Origin: Alphaproteobacteria bacterium
Lineage (GTDB): Bacteria; Pseudomonadota; Alphaproteobacteria; CALKHQ01
Direction: 5' to 3'
Assembly: GCA_965227515.1 (NCBI GenBank)
Contig: CBDDFZ010000001.1
Coordinates: 2,112,001-2,176,000 of the forward strand
Length of the DNA: 64,000 nucleotides
Shown here: in pieces, positions 20,800-31,795 of the stretch
How positions within the stretch are numbered: the stretch's first letter is position 1
Layout: the number at the start of each line of letters is the position of its first letter
Position numbers and translations under genes: made by a program
Notes under the pieces: generated by a model
Told to the model about the DNA's origin: nothing
The model's input: only the letters and a program-made list of their open reading frames with translations
Database searches by the model: none

Positions 20800-20891
20800 C
20801 GTCATGCCCGCACTTGTTGCGGGCATCCACGTCTTGTTGGCCGCTCAAGCGGCCATTCTCGTGGATGCTCGGGACAAGCCCGAGCATGACG
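20800..20891. repeat. Palindromic element, family B (CGTCATG...CATGACG, three hairpins)
   Basis: GTCATGCCCGCACTTGTTGCGGGCATCCAC ... GGCCGCTCAAGCGGCC ... GTGGATGCTCGGGACAAGCCCGAGCATGAC; inside the hydantoinase operon. Confidence 0.9.
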
Positions 20892-20923
20892 GATTAGGAT
20901 GTGGCGATAGCCGGGGTAATGCC

Positions 20924-22735
20924 ATGACCCACATCGACCCGATCACGCTGACCGTCATCCAGAACGGCTTGCAGCAGGTCTGCAACGAAATGGACCTGTC
21001 GTTCTCGCGCGCGGCGTTCTCGCCCGTGATCGCGGAGGCGAACGACCGGTCCGATGGCATCTACGCCGCCGACAATGGCGACCTGATCGCCCAGGGCGAC
21101 CTGGGCCTGCCGGTGTTCGTCGGCACCATGCAGGAATCCACCGCGACCCTGATCCGTTTCATCGAGGAGGAGCGCGCGGGTCCGCCGGCGCCGGGCGACA
21201 TCTACATCGTCAACGACCCCTATCTCGGCGGCACCCACCTGATGGACGTGCGGTTCGCGATGCCGTTCTACCACCGGGGCGCGGATGGGGACCGGCTGTT
21301 CTCCTGGCTCTCCAACACAGGCCACTGGCCCGATATCGGCGGTGCGGTGCCCGGCGGTTTCTCGGCCAACGCGACGGCGGTGGAGCAGGAGGGGTTGCGC
21401 CTGCCGCCGGTGAAGCTGTTCAAGCAGGGCAATTTGGACCGCGAGATCTACGCCATCATCACGTCGAACATCCGCATTGCCGACCAACGCATCGGCGACG
21501 TGCAGGCGCAGGCGGCCGCGCTCAGGGTTGGTGCCGCGCGGCTCACCGAGTTGCTCGACCGGCACGGCGCCGACACGGTGACGGCGGCCATCGCCGAATT
21601 GCGGCAGCGGGCGGCGGCGCAGATGCGCGCCCACATCGCCGCCATTCCCGACGGCGCTTACCAGAGCGTCGCCTATGTCGATTCAGACGGCGTGGTGGAC
21701 GAACCGCTGGAAATCCGCCTCAAGGTCGAGAAGCGCGACGGCGATTTGTGGTTCGACTTCGCACGCTCCAGCCCGCCCTGCGCCGGGCCGATGAACAGCG
21801 TCATCGCCACCACCCGCTCGTCGGTCTACCTGGCGATGCGCCACATCTTCCCCGACGTGCCGATGAACGCGGGCGCGTACGAGCCGCTACACATCGAAGA
21901 CCCGGTGGGCACCTTCCTCTATGCCGAGTATCCGCGCCCGGTCTCCGGCTGCGCGGCGGAGGTGTCGCAGCGCATTGCCGAGGCGGTGTTCGCCGCCCTG
22001 GTGCAGGCGCTGCCCGACAGGGTGACCGCAGCGCCCGCCGGGTCGAGCGGCAATTTCGCCCTGGGCGGCCACGACCCGGCGCGCGGGCGCGGCTATGTGA
22101 TGTACCAGATCTCCGGTGGCGGCTATGGCGGCAATGCCGACCATGACGGGCTGACCAACGGCTGCTCGACCATCGGCATCTCCAAGACCCCACCGATCGA
22201 GGTGATGGAGCAGATCTACCCGGTGCTCTACCGCCGTTATGGCCTCCGCGAGGGGTCCGGCGGTGCCGGCGCCCGGCGCGGCGGCTTCGGTGTCGACTAC
22301 GAGGTCGAACTGCGACGGGGCGAGGCGCGCGCCTCCTTCGTGATGGATCATGGCCGCTTCGGGCCGCAGGGCGCGCTCGGCGGCCGTGACGGTGCGCCGA
22401 ACAGCGTCACCGTGCACCGCGGCGGCCAGGCCTACACGCCGGCGCATCTGTCGAAGGACCAGGACATCCCGATCCAGGCCGGCGACCGGGTCGCCGTGGG
22501 CACGCCCGGCGGCGGCGGCTATGGCGACCCGCTGACCCGCGACCCTGCCCTGGTGCTGGCCGACGTCGCCGCCGGCTATTACACGGCCGCTCAGGCCCGC
22601 GAGCTGTTCGGCGTCGCGCTCACCGCCGACCTCGCCGCGGTCGATGCCACCGCCACGACGGTCCTGCGTGCGGCGGCGCAGGAGTCCATCGACAGTCTTA
22701 TTGCAAGCCCATCGCCGAGAGCAATTCGGCCGTGA
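20924..22735 (+). CDS. Hydantoinase B / 5-oxoprolinase family subunit
   Basis: NDPYLGGTHLMD, HWPDIGG..PG, QEGLRLPP, TPGGGGYGDP. Confidence 0.93.
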   Translation: MTHIDPITLTVIQNGLQQVCNEMDLSFSRAAFSPVIAEANDRSDGIYAADNGDLIAQGDLGLPVFVGTMQESTATLIRFIEEERAGPPAPGDIYIVNDPYLGGTHLMDVRFAMPFYHRGADGDRLFSWLSNTGHWPDIGGAVPGGFSANATAVEQEGLRLPPVKLFKQGNLDREIYAIITSNIRIADQRIGDVQAQAAALRVGAARLTELLDRHGADTVTAAIAELRQRAAAQMRAHIAAIPDGAYQSVAYVDSDGVVDEPLEIRLKVEKRDGDLWFDFARSSPPCAGPMNSVIATTRSSVYLAMRHIFPDVPMNAGAYEPLHIEDPVGTFLYAEYPRPVSGCAAEVSQRIAEAVFAALVQALPDRVTAAPAGSSGNFALGGHDPARGRGYVMYQISGGGYGGNADHDGLTNGCSTIGISKTPPIEVMEQIYPVLYRRYGLREGSGGAGARRGGFGVDYEVELRRGEARASFVMDHGRFGPQGALGGRDGAPNSVTVHRGGQAYTPAHLSKDQDIPIQAGDRVAVGTPGGGGYGDPLTRDPALVLADVAAGYYTAAQARELFGVALTADLAAVDATATTVLRAAAQESIDSLIASPSPRAIRP

Positions 22736-23837
22736 TCAGACCATCGGCCTCCAGTCCCTGGGCGTTCTGGAATGCCATGATGGCGGCGCGGGTTTCAGGG
22801 CCGGGCGTGCCCGCTGGCTGTTCGGAGAGATAGCCGGCACGAAACAAGGTCATTTGCACCACAAAAGTCCGTTGCCGGGCAGCATCGCGCAATGCGGCGG
22901 CTGAGCCATCGAGAAACGCGTCGATTGCGGCCATCACCTGTTCGGTCGCCTGACCATCCGGCGGCAACCCAGCATCAATCTGGAATTGCTGAATGGCGAT
23001 GAAAAGGTCGGCTGCGTCCGATGACGATGATGGTCCGTAGCCCAGTTCCGTCAAACCGGACCGCACACCTTCGGCGAAGGTATCATGGGCACTCACAACT
23101 GGGCCGGCGTCTATCGCAACATTCAGGTCCGCAAGGTCGTGCAATCCGGGTTGGACAGCATTGTTGAACAGTCTGAGCGCGTAAATGCAGGGATAGGGAC
23201 GGTTCGTGCGCTCAAGCCTGGACGGACGCAGGTCCTGATAGAAGACAACCCCGTCATTGCGCAGCTCAGAGATCTGATAGAGCCAGGTTTGTCGGTCAAC
23301 GGAGCGTTGGTCGTGGCAAGTGATCAAATTGCCCAGTTCCATCGGATCGGTATTGAAGTGGACGTATCCATGGTACGTGGCCGGCGACCACCACAAGTTC
23401 TGGTGCCTTATCAGGTCGCTACCGTGCAGTATGTAGATATCGAGGTCTTCAACGACCGTCATTGAGCCCCAGACGATAAAATCCCATTCCAAAACGCCAC
23501 CGAATTCCGCAGCCGACACCCCATCAAGCGACGTGCCTTCCGCCTCGTCGAGCGTCATGTATTCTTCGAGCTGTTCGAGATCGTAGTCGACAGGCGGCCA
23601 ATAACCGTCTTCCGCAATTGCCTCCACCGCAGCCCGTGCCTCTGCAGCGTGGCTGCCCTCGGGAAAGGCCTGCAAGTAGGCCTGGTGCGTACGCACCGAC
23701 GGATTGGCCGTCACCGCGCGCCAGAAGAGTTCTTCCACGTGGGCCCGCGAAGGCTCCTGAGCCGTTGCGCTACCCGTGGCGGCAATCAGCGCAATCTGAG
23801 CGACCATCGAAGACAAGATGGCTCGCAGGCTTTTCAT
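22698..23837 (-). CDS. Secreted protein with two C-terminal peptidoglycan-binding (PG_binding_1) repeats
   Basis: Signal peptide; AIQQFQIDAGLPPDG and AIMAFQNAQGLEADG; N-terminal AYLQAFPEG helical motif; lower GC than flanks. Confidence 0.75.
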   Translation of the reverse strand: MKSLRAILSSMVAQIALIAATGSATAQEPSRAHVEELFWRAVTANPSVRTHQAYLQAFPEGSHAAEARAAVEAIAEDGYWPPVDYDLEQLEEYMTLDEAEGTSLDGVSAAEFGGVLEWDFIVWGSMTVVEDLDIYILHGSDLIRHQNLWWSPATYHGYVHFNTDPMELGNLITCHDQRSVDRQTWLYQISELRNDGVVFYQDLRPSRLERTNRPYPCIYALRLFNNAVQPGLHDLADLNVAIDAGPVVSAHDTFAEGVRSGLTELGYGPSSSSDAADLFIAIQQFQIDAGLPPDGQATEQVMAAIDAFLDGSAAALRDAARQRTFVVQMTLFRAGYLSEQPAGTPGPETRAAIMAFQNAQGLEADGLITAELLSAMGLQ

Positions 23838-23856
23838 TGGCAGGGTGAACCGACCA

Positions 23857-25194
23857 TCATTGATAAAATGCGGCGCAAGGGTTCGGCGCCGAGGCAGCCT
23901 CTGGGGTGCCGTAGCTTACCCGACGGTAGTAGCCGTTGGCTGGCGAGCCATCCAGGAATCGCATGTACTGCCACGGGTCCCATTCGAACTCCGAATACTC
24001 GAACATCAGCTTGCCCGTGGCCTTGTCTGAATACTCGATACAAACGGAGGTCACGGTCTGGTCCAGTGCAGCTGTCAGCTCGATATCGAGTTGGCGCCCC
24101 TCAAACTCGCCGTAGTTCAACCAGAAATCGCGGGATTGGTACCGCAGCGTGCCATTTTCGATGAGGAACAATGCTACCTCGCCAGTATCGTATAGATGTT
24201 CCGTATAGTTCAGTATTTGAATCTTGTATGTCTGGGTGGGGCCAGAGCCGGTCTTCTCACTGAGAATTGCTTCAATGAGTCTAAAATTTCTTGGGTCGCG
24301 CGGATCGGAGAAGTTGCGTTCTTCCCGGCGCTGGGACAGTCGGTCGTCGATGATGACATGCGCCAGCTGAGCAAAGAACCCATTGGGATAATAGGAGAGG
24401 TATGCCTTGGCATCGATGGTTTCGCCCGAATTGGCGAACCTCTCCCAGAGCGCCGTTTCCGCTGCGTCGGGCATGCCACCCGAGGCAGCAAGCGGCGGCA
24501 TGGGCGGCGACGCTTCCGCTAGGACCGGTGACCCGGCAGTATCCGGGACCGTTTCGTCCGCTGCCGCAATCTCCGACTCCGACGGCCCGGTTGGCGAATA
24601 ATCCGGCGTGCCGCAGCCCGGACGCATGGCTTCGATGGCCCCATAGGCTCCGGCGAGGCCAATTTCGATGGAAATGTCGCCAACCTCCAGGACGACGGAT
24701 GCGCTGGCTTTCAGGCTCACGAAGAACGCGGCCGGGTCGTCAATCTGGAACCAGGGCTGCACCCCGCCGCTCATCTCATCATATCGGAACTCCGCGGGGA
24801 ACTCGTAGTGGCTGCTCTCGAATCGCACCACGGCGGTCGCCATAGCGCCGTCCGCTTGGCTGGGATCGACCACAGACATGTGTGCGTCAATGATCGGTGA
24901 GGTGGCCAGACAGTGCAGAGCGAAAATGTACTCGCCGTCACCGCAGCCACGATAGGCCGCAGTGCCGCTGACCGTCCCGTTGCCTGACATCGCGGCTATG
25001 CCGCCCCATTGATAGCCGTAGAAGCACGGGCTTTGATATTCCGAGCGCTGGAATTCCTGTTGCGCTGTGGCGCAGGCCGACCAGGCAAGGACCGCGATAC
25101 AACTGGCGCCAATCCTGAGGCCCAACTGAACGATACTTCGGCGGTTTGGACCGGCTAATGAGAAAGGCGTACGGGCCAGATCGGTCATCATCAA
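23857..25194 (-). CDS. Secreted hypothetical protein, two domains joined by a Pro/Ala/Ser linker
   Basis: Signal-like N-terminus, Cys pairs, AYLSYYPNG motif; same strand and 19 bp upstream of 22698-23837; start uncertain. Confidence 0.65.
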   Translation of the reverse strand: MMMTDLARTPFSLAGPNRRSIVQLGLRIGASCIAVLAWSACATAQQEFQRSEYQSPCFYGYQWGGIAAMSGNGTVSGTAAYRGCGDGEYIFALHCLATSPIIDAHMSVVDPSQADGAMATAVVRFESSHYEFPAEFRYDEMSGGVQPWFQIDDPAAFFVSLKASASVVLEVGDISIEIGLAGAYGAIEAMRPGCGTPDYSPTGPSESEIAAADETVPDTAGSPVLAEASPPMPPLAASGGMPDAAETALWERFANSGETIDAKAYLSYYPNGFFAQLAHVIIDDRLSQRREERNFSDPRDPRNFRLIEAILSEKTGSGPTQTYKIQILNYTEHLYDTGEVALFLIENGTLRYQSRDFWLNYGEFEGRQLDIELTAALDQTVTSVCIEYSDKATGKLMFEYSEFEWDPWQYMRFLDGSPANGYYRRVSYGTPEAASAPNPCAAFYQ

Positions 25195-25360
25195 TTTGCT
25201 TGGTGATTACAGGCTAAGTCCTGGCACCCTAAGTCGCACCGGAAGGTCTGACAAGCCGCCCAAGTTTCCGAAGCCACACCGAAGGCAAATGCAACGGCCT
25301 GATCTGGCGGCAGGCGGCACGAAGGCGCATACTCTGAGGAAACGTGAGGGAGGGTGCGCA

Positions 25361-26290
25361 GTGAAACTCAGCCAGCAACAGGTCGAGCGGTACTTCGACG
25401 AGGGGTTCCTGGTGGTGGAGGACGTGTTCACGGACGCCGATCTCCAGCCCGTCATCGACGAGTTCGAGCAGATGGTCGACGAGTACGCGACCAGGCTGCA
25501 TGCCGCCGGCAAGATTGCCAGCACCCATGCCGACAAGGATTTCGCGCACCGGTTGGCGGCGATCGCGCAGGAATGGCCCGATGCCGGCGTGCTGATCCAC
25601 GTCAACGAGCAGGTGCGCCCGAAGCTCGCGGCGCTGTGGTCGTCGGACAATCTCTTGGACATCGTCGCGCAGTTCATCGGCCCGGATATCGACGGCCACC
25701 CGCTGTGCTGCGTGCGCTCCAAGACGCCGGAGACGCCGCGCATGACCGTGCCCTGGCACCAGGACGCGGCCTACCATCTGGGCGACGACGCCATCGGCAC
25801 CTTGCAGCCGACGGCTTGGATCCCGTTCGTCGACGTCGACCGCAGCAACGGCACGCTGGAGGTGGTGCGCGGCGGCCACAAGGTGGCGCGCATCCTGCGC
25901 CATAGGCTGGAGAAGCACGTCGGACCCGAGAACTCTTGGTACGTCTACATCGACGAGGCCGACCTGCCGCCGGGCGACCGGGTGGTGTGCGAGATGAAGA
26001 AGGGCAGTGTGCTGTTCCACAACCCGCTGATGCCCCACCGCTCGACCGAGAACCACTCGAACGGCGTGCGTTGGAGCGTCGACCTGCGCTGGCAGCGGCC
26101 GGGCGAGCCGACCGGCTATGCCGATTCCAAGATGATCCCGATGCGGCGGGCGGACGATCCCGGCTACCGGCTCGATTGGGCGGCGTGGCAGCGCCAGAGC
26201 ATGGACGACGTCGACAAGGCGCGCGGCCGCGACCGGGGCGATCCGTTCAACACCGAGGTCGATGGCGGCTGGTTGAGAAGGTGGGCGTAA
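25361..26290 (+). CDS. Phytanoyl-CoA dioxygenase (PhyH) family Fe(II)/2OG enzyme
   Basis: PWHQD (HxD), TAWIPFVD, HRS..N.S..VRWSVD; GGGAGG before GTG 25361. Confidence 0.9.
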   Translation: MKLSQQQVERYFDEGFLVVEDVFTDADLQPVIDEFEQMVDEYATRLHAAGKIASTHADKDFAHRLAAIAQEWPDAGVLIHVNEQVRPKLAALWSSDNLLDIVAQFIGPDIDGHPLCCVRSKTPETPRMTVPWHQDAAYHLGDDAIGTLQPTAWIPFVDVDRSNGTLEVVRGGHKVARILRHRLEKHVGPENSWYVYIDEADLPPGDRVVCEMKKGSVLFHNPLMPHRSTENHSNGVRWSVDLRWQRPGEPTGYADSKMIPMRRADDPGYRLDWAAWQRQSMDDVDKARGRDRGDPFNTEVDGGWLRRWA

Positions 26291-26302
26291 GGGGCCCGTC
26301 CA

Positions 26303-26734
26303 CTACTTGCGGAAATGCTGTTCGTAGGCTTTCACCTGGTCGGTGATCTCGCCCCAGTCGCGGCGCGAGCGGGTGTAGACGTGGACGAACTGCTGGTGCT
26401 CCGGACCGATCCATGACGGGTCGTCGAAGGCGCCGGCGGGCAGGGTGCGGATGCCGGGTGCCGACTCCAGCGTGAAGCCGAGGTTGGTGCCGCACTTGTT
26501 GCAGAACGCGGCGTGGAGCCAGCGCCCGGACTCGTCGGAGACATGACGGTGTCGCGCCAGGCTGTCGCCGCTCAGCGACACCTGGCCGTCCCTGAACACA
26601 ACCTCGATGCCGAACGCGGACCCGGTGCGGCGCTGGCACCAGCGGCAGTGGCACACGGTCACCCGCAACGGCTCGCCGGTGGCGGTGAAGCGCACCCCGC
26701 CGCACATGCATCCGCCGGTGTGGGAGGTGGTCAT
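26303..26734 (-). CDS. GFA (glutathione-dependent formaldehyde-activating/CENP-V) family protein
   Basis: GGCMCG, CHCRWCQR, FCNKCGT zinc motifs. Confidence 0.9.
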   Translation of the reverse strand: MTTSHTGGCMCGGVRFTATGEPLRVTVCHCRWCQRRTGSAFGIEVVFRDGQVSLSGDSLARHRHVSDESGRWLHAAFCNKCGTNLGFTLESAPGIRTLPAGAFDDPSWIGPEHQQFVHVYTRSRRDWGEITDQVKAYEQHFRK

Positions 26735-26765
26735 GGTGAGGTCCCCTATCGCCGAATTAGGCACC

Positions 26766-26857
26766 CGTCATGCGCGGACTTGATCCGCGCATCCACGAAA
26801 ATGGCCGCATGAGCGGCCAATAAGACGTGGATGGCCGGGTCAAGCCCGGCCATGACG
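26766..26857. repeat. Palindromic element, family B (interior reversed relative to 20800)
   Basis: CGTCATGCGCGGACTTGATCCGCGCATCCAC...GTGGATGGCCGGGTCAAGCCCGGCCATGACG downstream of rpoD. Confidence 0.9.
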
Positions 26858-26911
26858 CATGGAGGAATTGGTGCCAACGTGGGTTGGGCAGGCCGCCGCG
26901 CGACCGGCCGA

Positions 26912-28984
<2,073 letters not shown>

Positions 28985-29107
28985 CGCAATATCCTATCGG
29001 TTGCCGGATCGGCCGCCCCGCGCCAGGCCGATCACATACGTGCTCGAAACCTCATGGATCGGGCCGCTTGGCCGGCGGTCCACCCCATCCTTCGCACCGG
29101 CGGTCGG

Positions 29108-30943
29108 TTACTCCGCCGGCTCGTCGACCGAGCGCGCACTCATACGCTCCTGCTCAGCTAGCCGTTCAATCAAGCCGATATCGTCTTCAGAAAAGTCATT
29201 GCCTAAAGAGTCTAACGCCTGCAACTTCGCTTTTTCGACGCTCTTAGCCTCGATGCCAGCATGCACGACAAGCCAACCCTTCCGCGCTTCCTCATCGGAC
29301 GCAGAGGGTTGTCCAAACTCAGTGACATAAACTTTGTTGCTCAATAGAGCATCGACGATTGGACCGCAGCCAACCGCACATAAGTGGTGGTGCAGGGCTT
29401 CCCTGTCAACCGTATTTGACGGGTTTATTGCGCTCGTGTCGCTTGCGCCGTCGGCGCCGGCGGCCTCTATCGCCCAGGCGACGATTTCGTCGCGCAACCG
29501 GGCCAGATCAGCGTTGGTGAAAGCCATGGCCGACAACGGCTCGAACACCGCTTCCAGTATGCCGGGGTGGTTGATGGCGGTGGCCAGCAACACTTCCTGG
29601 TCGTGATTGCGCGGCGCGCGCTTTTTGCCAAGATATACCCCGGTTTGCTTCTTCGAGCCTCCGTTACGAAGGCGCCAGGGCGAGAACGCGCGAAAGGCCC
29701 GGTCGCGCAGCATCTGGCCATAGTTGCGGCGCACGGTCTCATCGGCGATGCGCGCGGCCTGCTTGCCCAGGTCGGCCTGCAGTGCCGCACGGCGTTCCGG
29801 CGTGTCGATGGTGCGCCCGGCGACGGCGCTGGCCCAGATCACGTCGATCAGCGGCCGGCGCTCGGCCAGCACCGCCTCGAAGCCGCGACGCCCGGCCTTG
29901 CGAACCAGGCTGTCGGGGTCCTCGCCCGACGGCAGGCTGACGAACTGCAGCGACTTGCCGGGCTGGAGCAGGGGCAGGGTGCGTTCCGCCGCGCGCGCGG
30001 CGGCGCGGGTGCCGGCGGCATCGCCGTCGAAGCACAGCACCGGCTCGTCGCACATCCGCCAGGCAAGCGCCACCTGACGCTCGGTCAGTGCGGTGCCCAG
30101 GGGCGCCACCACATTGTCGAAGCCGGCGCGGCTCAGCCCGATCACGTCCATATAGCCCTCGACGACGATCACGCTGCCGGCTTCGCGCGCGGCGCGCTGG
30201 GCGTGGCCGATGTTGTAGAGCGTCTCGCCCTTGTGGAAGATGTCGGTGTCGGGGGAGTTGATGTACTTGGCCGGCGAATCGCCCATGGCGCGGCCGCCGA
30301 AGCCGATGACCTGGCCCTTGCGGTCCAGGATCGGGAACATCACCCGGTCGAAGAAATAGTCGCGCAGCGGGCCGTTCTCGTCCGCTGCCTTCATCAGGCC
30401 GGCGTCGATCAGCGGCCCGGACTCGCCATCGGGCACCACCGCCTTCAACAGCGCGCCGCGCGCATTGGGGGCATAGCCGAGCCGGAACCGCTCGATGGTG
30501 GCGGCGTCCAGGCCCCGGCCGGCCAGATAGTCCCGCGCGGCGCGGCCGGCGGGAGCGGCCAGTTGCTGCTGGAACCACGTGCACGCGGCTTCCAGCACGT
30601 CGAAGGCGGTCTGCCGCCGGGCAACGATGGCCGGATCGCGCACGGGGGCGGCCGGCAGCGCCATGTTGGCGTCCTCGGCCAGCCGCTTCACCGCATCGAC
30701 GAACTCCAGGCCGTCCATCTGCATCACCCAGTCGATGGCGTTGCCGTGGGCGCCGCAGCCGAAGCAGTGGTAGAAGCCCTTGTCGTCGTTCAGGGTGAAG
30801 GACGGCGTCTTTTCGTTGTGGAACGGGCAAAGGCCCGTGTGCTCGGCGCCGCGCTTGCGCAGTTGTACCCGGCGCCCCACCAGGTCGCTCAGGCTCGTGC
30901 GGTCGCGCAGTTCTTCCAGGAACTCGGGTCCGAAGAGCGCCAT
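29108..30943 (-). CDS. dnaG: DNA primase
   Basis: CPFHNEKTPSF zinc finger, FGGR, KYINSP, VEGYMD, FDGDAAG TOPRIM motifs. Confidence 0.97.
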   Translation of the reverse strand: MALFGPEFLEELRDRTSLSDLVGRRVQLRKRGAEHTGLCPFHNEKTPSFTLNDDKGFYHCFGCGAHGNAIDWVMQMDGLEFVDAVKRLAEDANMALPAAPVRDPAIVARRQTAFDVLEAACTWFQQQLAAPAGRAARDYLAGRGLDAATIERFRLGYAPNARGALLKAVVPDGESGPLIDAGLMKAADENGPLRDYFFDRVMFPILDRKGQVIGFGGRAMGDSPAKYINSPDTDIFHKGETLYNIGHAQRAAREAGSVIVVEGYMDVIGLSRAGFDNVVAPLGTALTERQVALAWRMCDEPVLCFDGDAAGTRAAARAAERTLPLLQPGKSLQFVSLPSGEDPDSLVRKAGRRGFEAVLAERRPLIDVIWASAVAGRTIDTPERRAALQADLGKQAARIADETVRRNYGQMLRDRAFRAFSPWRLRNGGSKKQTGVYLGKKRAPRNHDQEVLLATAINHPGILEAVFEPLSAMAFTNADLARLRDEIVAWAIEAAGADGASDTSAINPSNTVDREALHHHLCAVGCGPIVDALLSNKVYVTEFGQPSASDEEARKGWLVVHAGIEAKSVEKAKLQALDSLGNDFSEDDIGLIERLAEQERMSARSVDEPAE

Positions 30944-31043
30944 CTATTGATTTTGGTTCCAAGTCACCATGCAGGCAAGCATCCTTGCCTCGGCGCCAAC
31001 TTGCGGTTTGGCCATTCCTGCGGGAAGCGGCCTGTGCGCGGGG

Positions 31044-31499
31044 TCAGGCCAGGTGTTCGCGCAAAATGCAGCTCGCCCGGCGCAGGTCGAGCTTGTCGCC
31101 ATACCGCTGGCGCATCACCGTCATCACGCGGCCCATGTCCTTCACGCCGCGTGCTTCCAACTCCCCGATCAGCGAGGTCACGACACCGTCGATCTCGCCT
31201 TCGTTGAGTTGTTGCGGCAACAGGCTCTTGATCACCGTCGACTCCCGACGCTCGCGCTCCGCGAGGTCGAGCTGGGCGCTACGCTCGTACATATCGATGC
31301 TGTCGCGTCGCTGCCGCACCATCGTCTGCAGCATCTCGATGATCTCGGCATCGCTCAAGCCGTCGGACCGGCCCTTCTCGCGCGCGCACAGGTCGCGGTC
31401 GTTCAGGGCCGCGATGATCAATCGGATGGTATTGGTGGCACACTCGTCATGGCTGGCCATCGCACTCTTCAGTGCGTCGTTCAGTCGCGTGCGCAACAT
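31044..31499 (-). CDS. GatB/YqeY domain protein
   Basis: MVRQRRDSI, LPQQL, KDMGRVM; upstream of dnaG. Confidence 0.88.
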   Translation of the reverse strand: MLRTRLNDALKSAMASHDECATNTIRLIIAALNDRDLCAREKGRSDGLSDAEIIEMLQTMVRQRRDSIDMYERSAQLDLAERERRESTVIKSLLPQQLNEGEIDGVVTSLIGELEARGVKDMGRVMTVMRQRYGDKLDLRRASCILREHLA

Positions 31500-31795
31500 G
31501 ACTTGCCGATCCCCCACGTCAAAAGGCGTGAAACGGTACACTCAAGCTCGCTACATGTCGAATCTGCAACGATTCGCTAAGCATTTGAACTGGCGATGTT
31601 TTTTGACCGACAACAAATTTTTTATGTCGGAGGACCAAGCTCGGGCCCCGCAGGGCCTCTTTGGAGGCGGGTCGCATTTTCGACAACATCGCCACAGAAG
31701 GGTGAATAATCTATTACTCGCCCCGATTGGCCGCTGTACCCCAACGCTGTGGGGTGCGATGCGTTCCCACCCGAATCGTCAGACCGGAGTTCCAG

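Noticed and set aside
31500-31795. Leader RNA or small ORF between yqeY and carA
   Set aside because: AT-rich divergent promoter region with one weak hairpin; no recognisable attenuator or riboswitch
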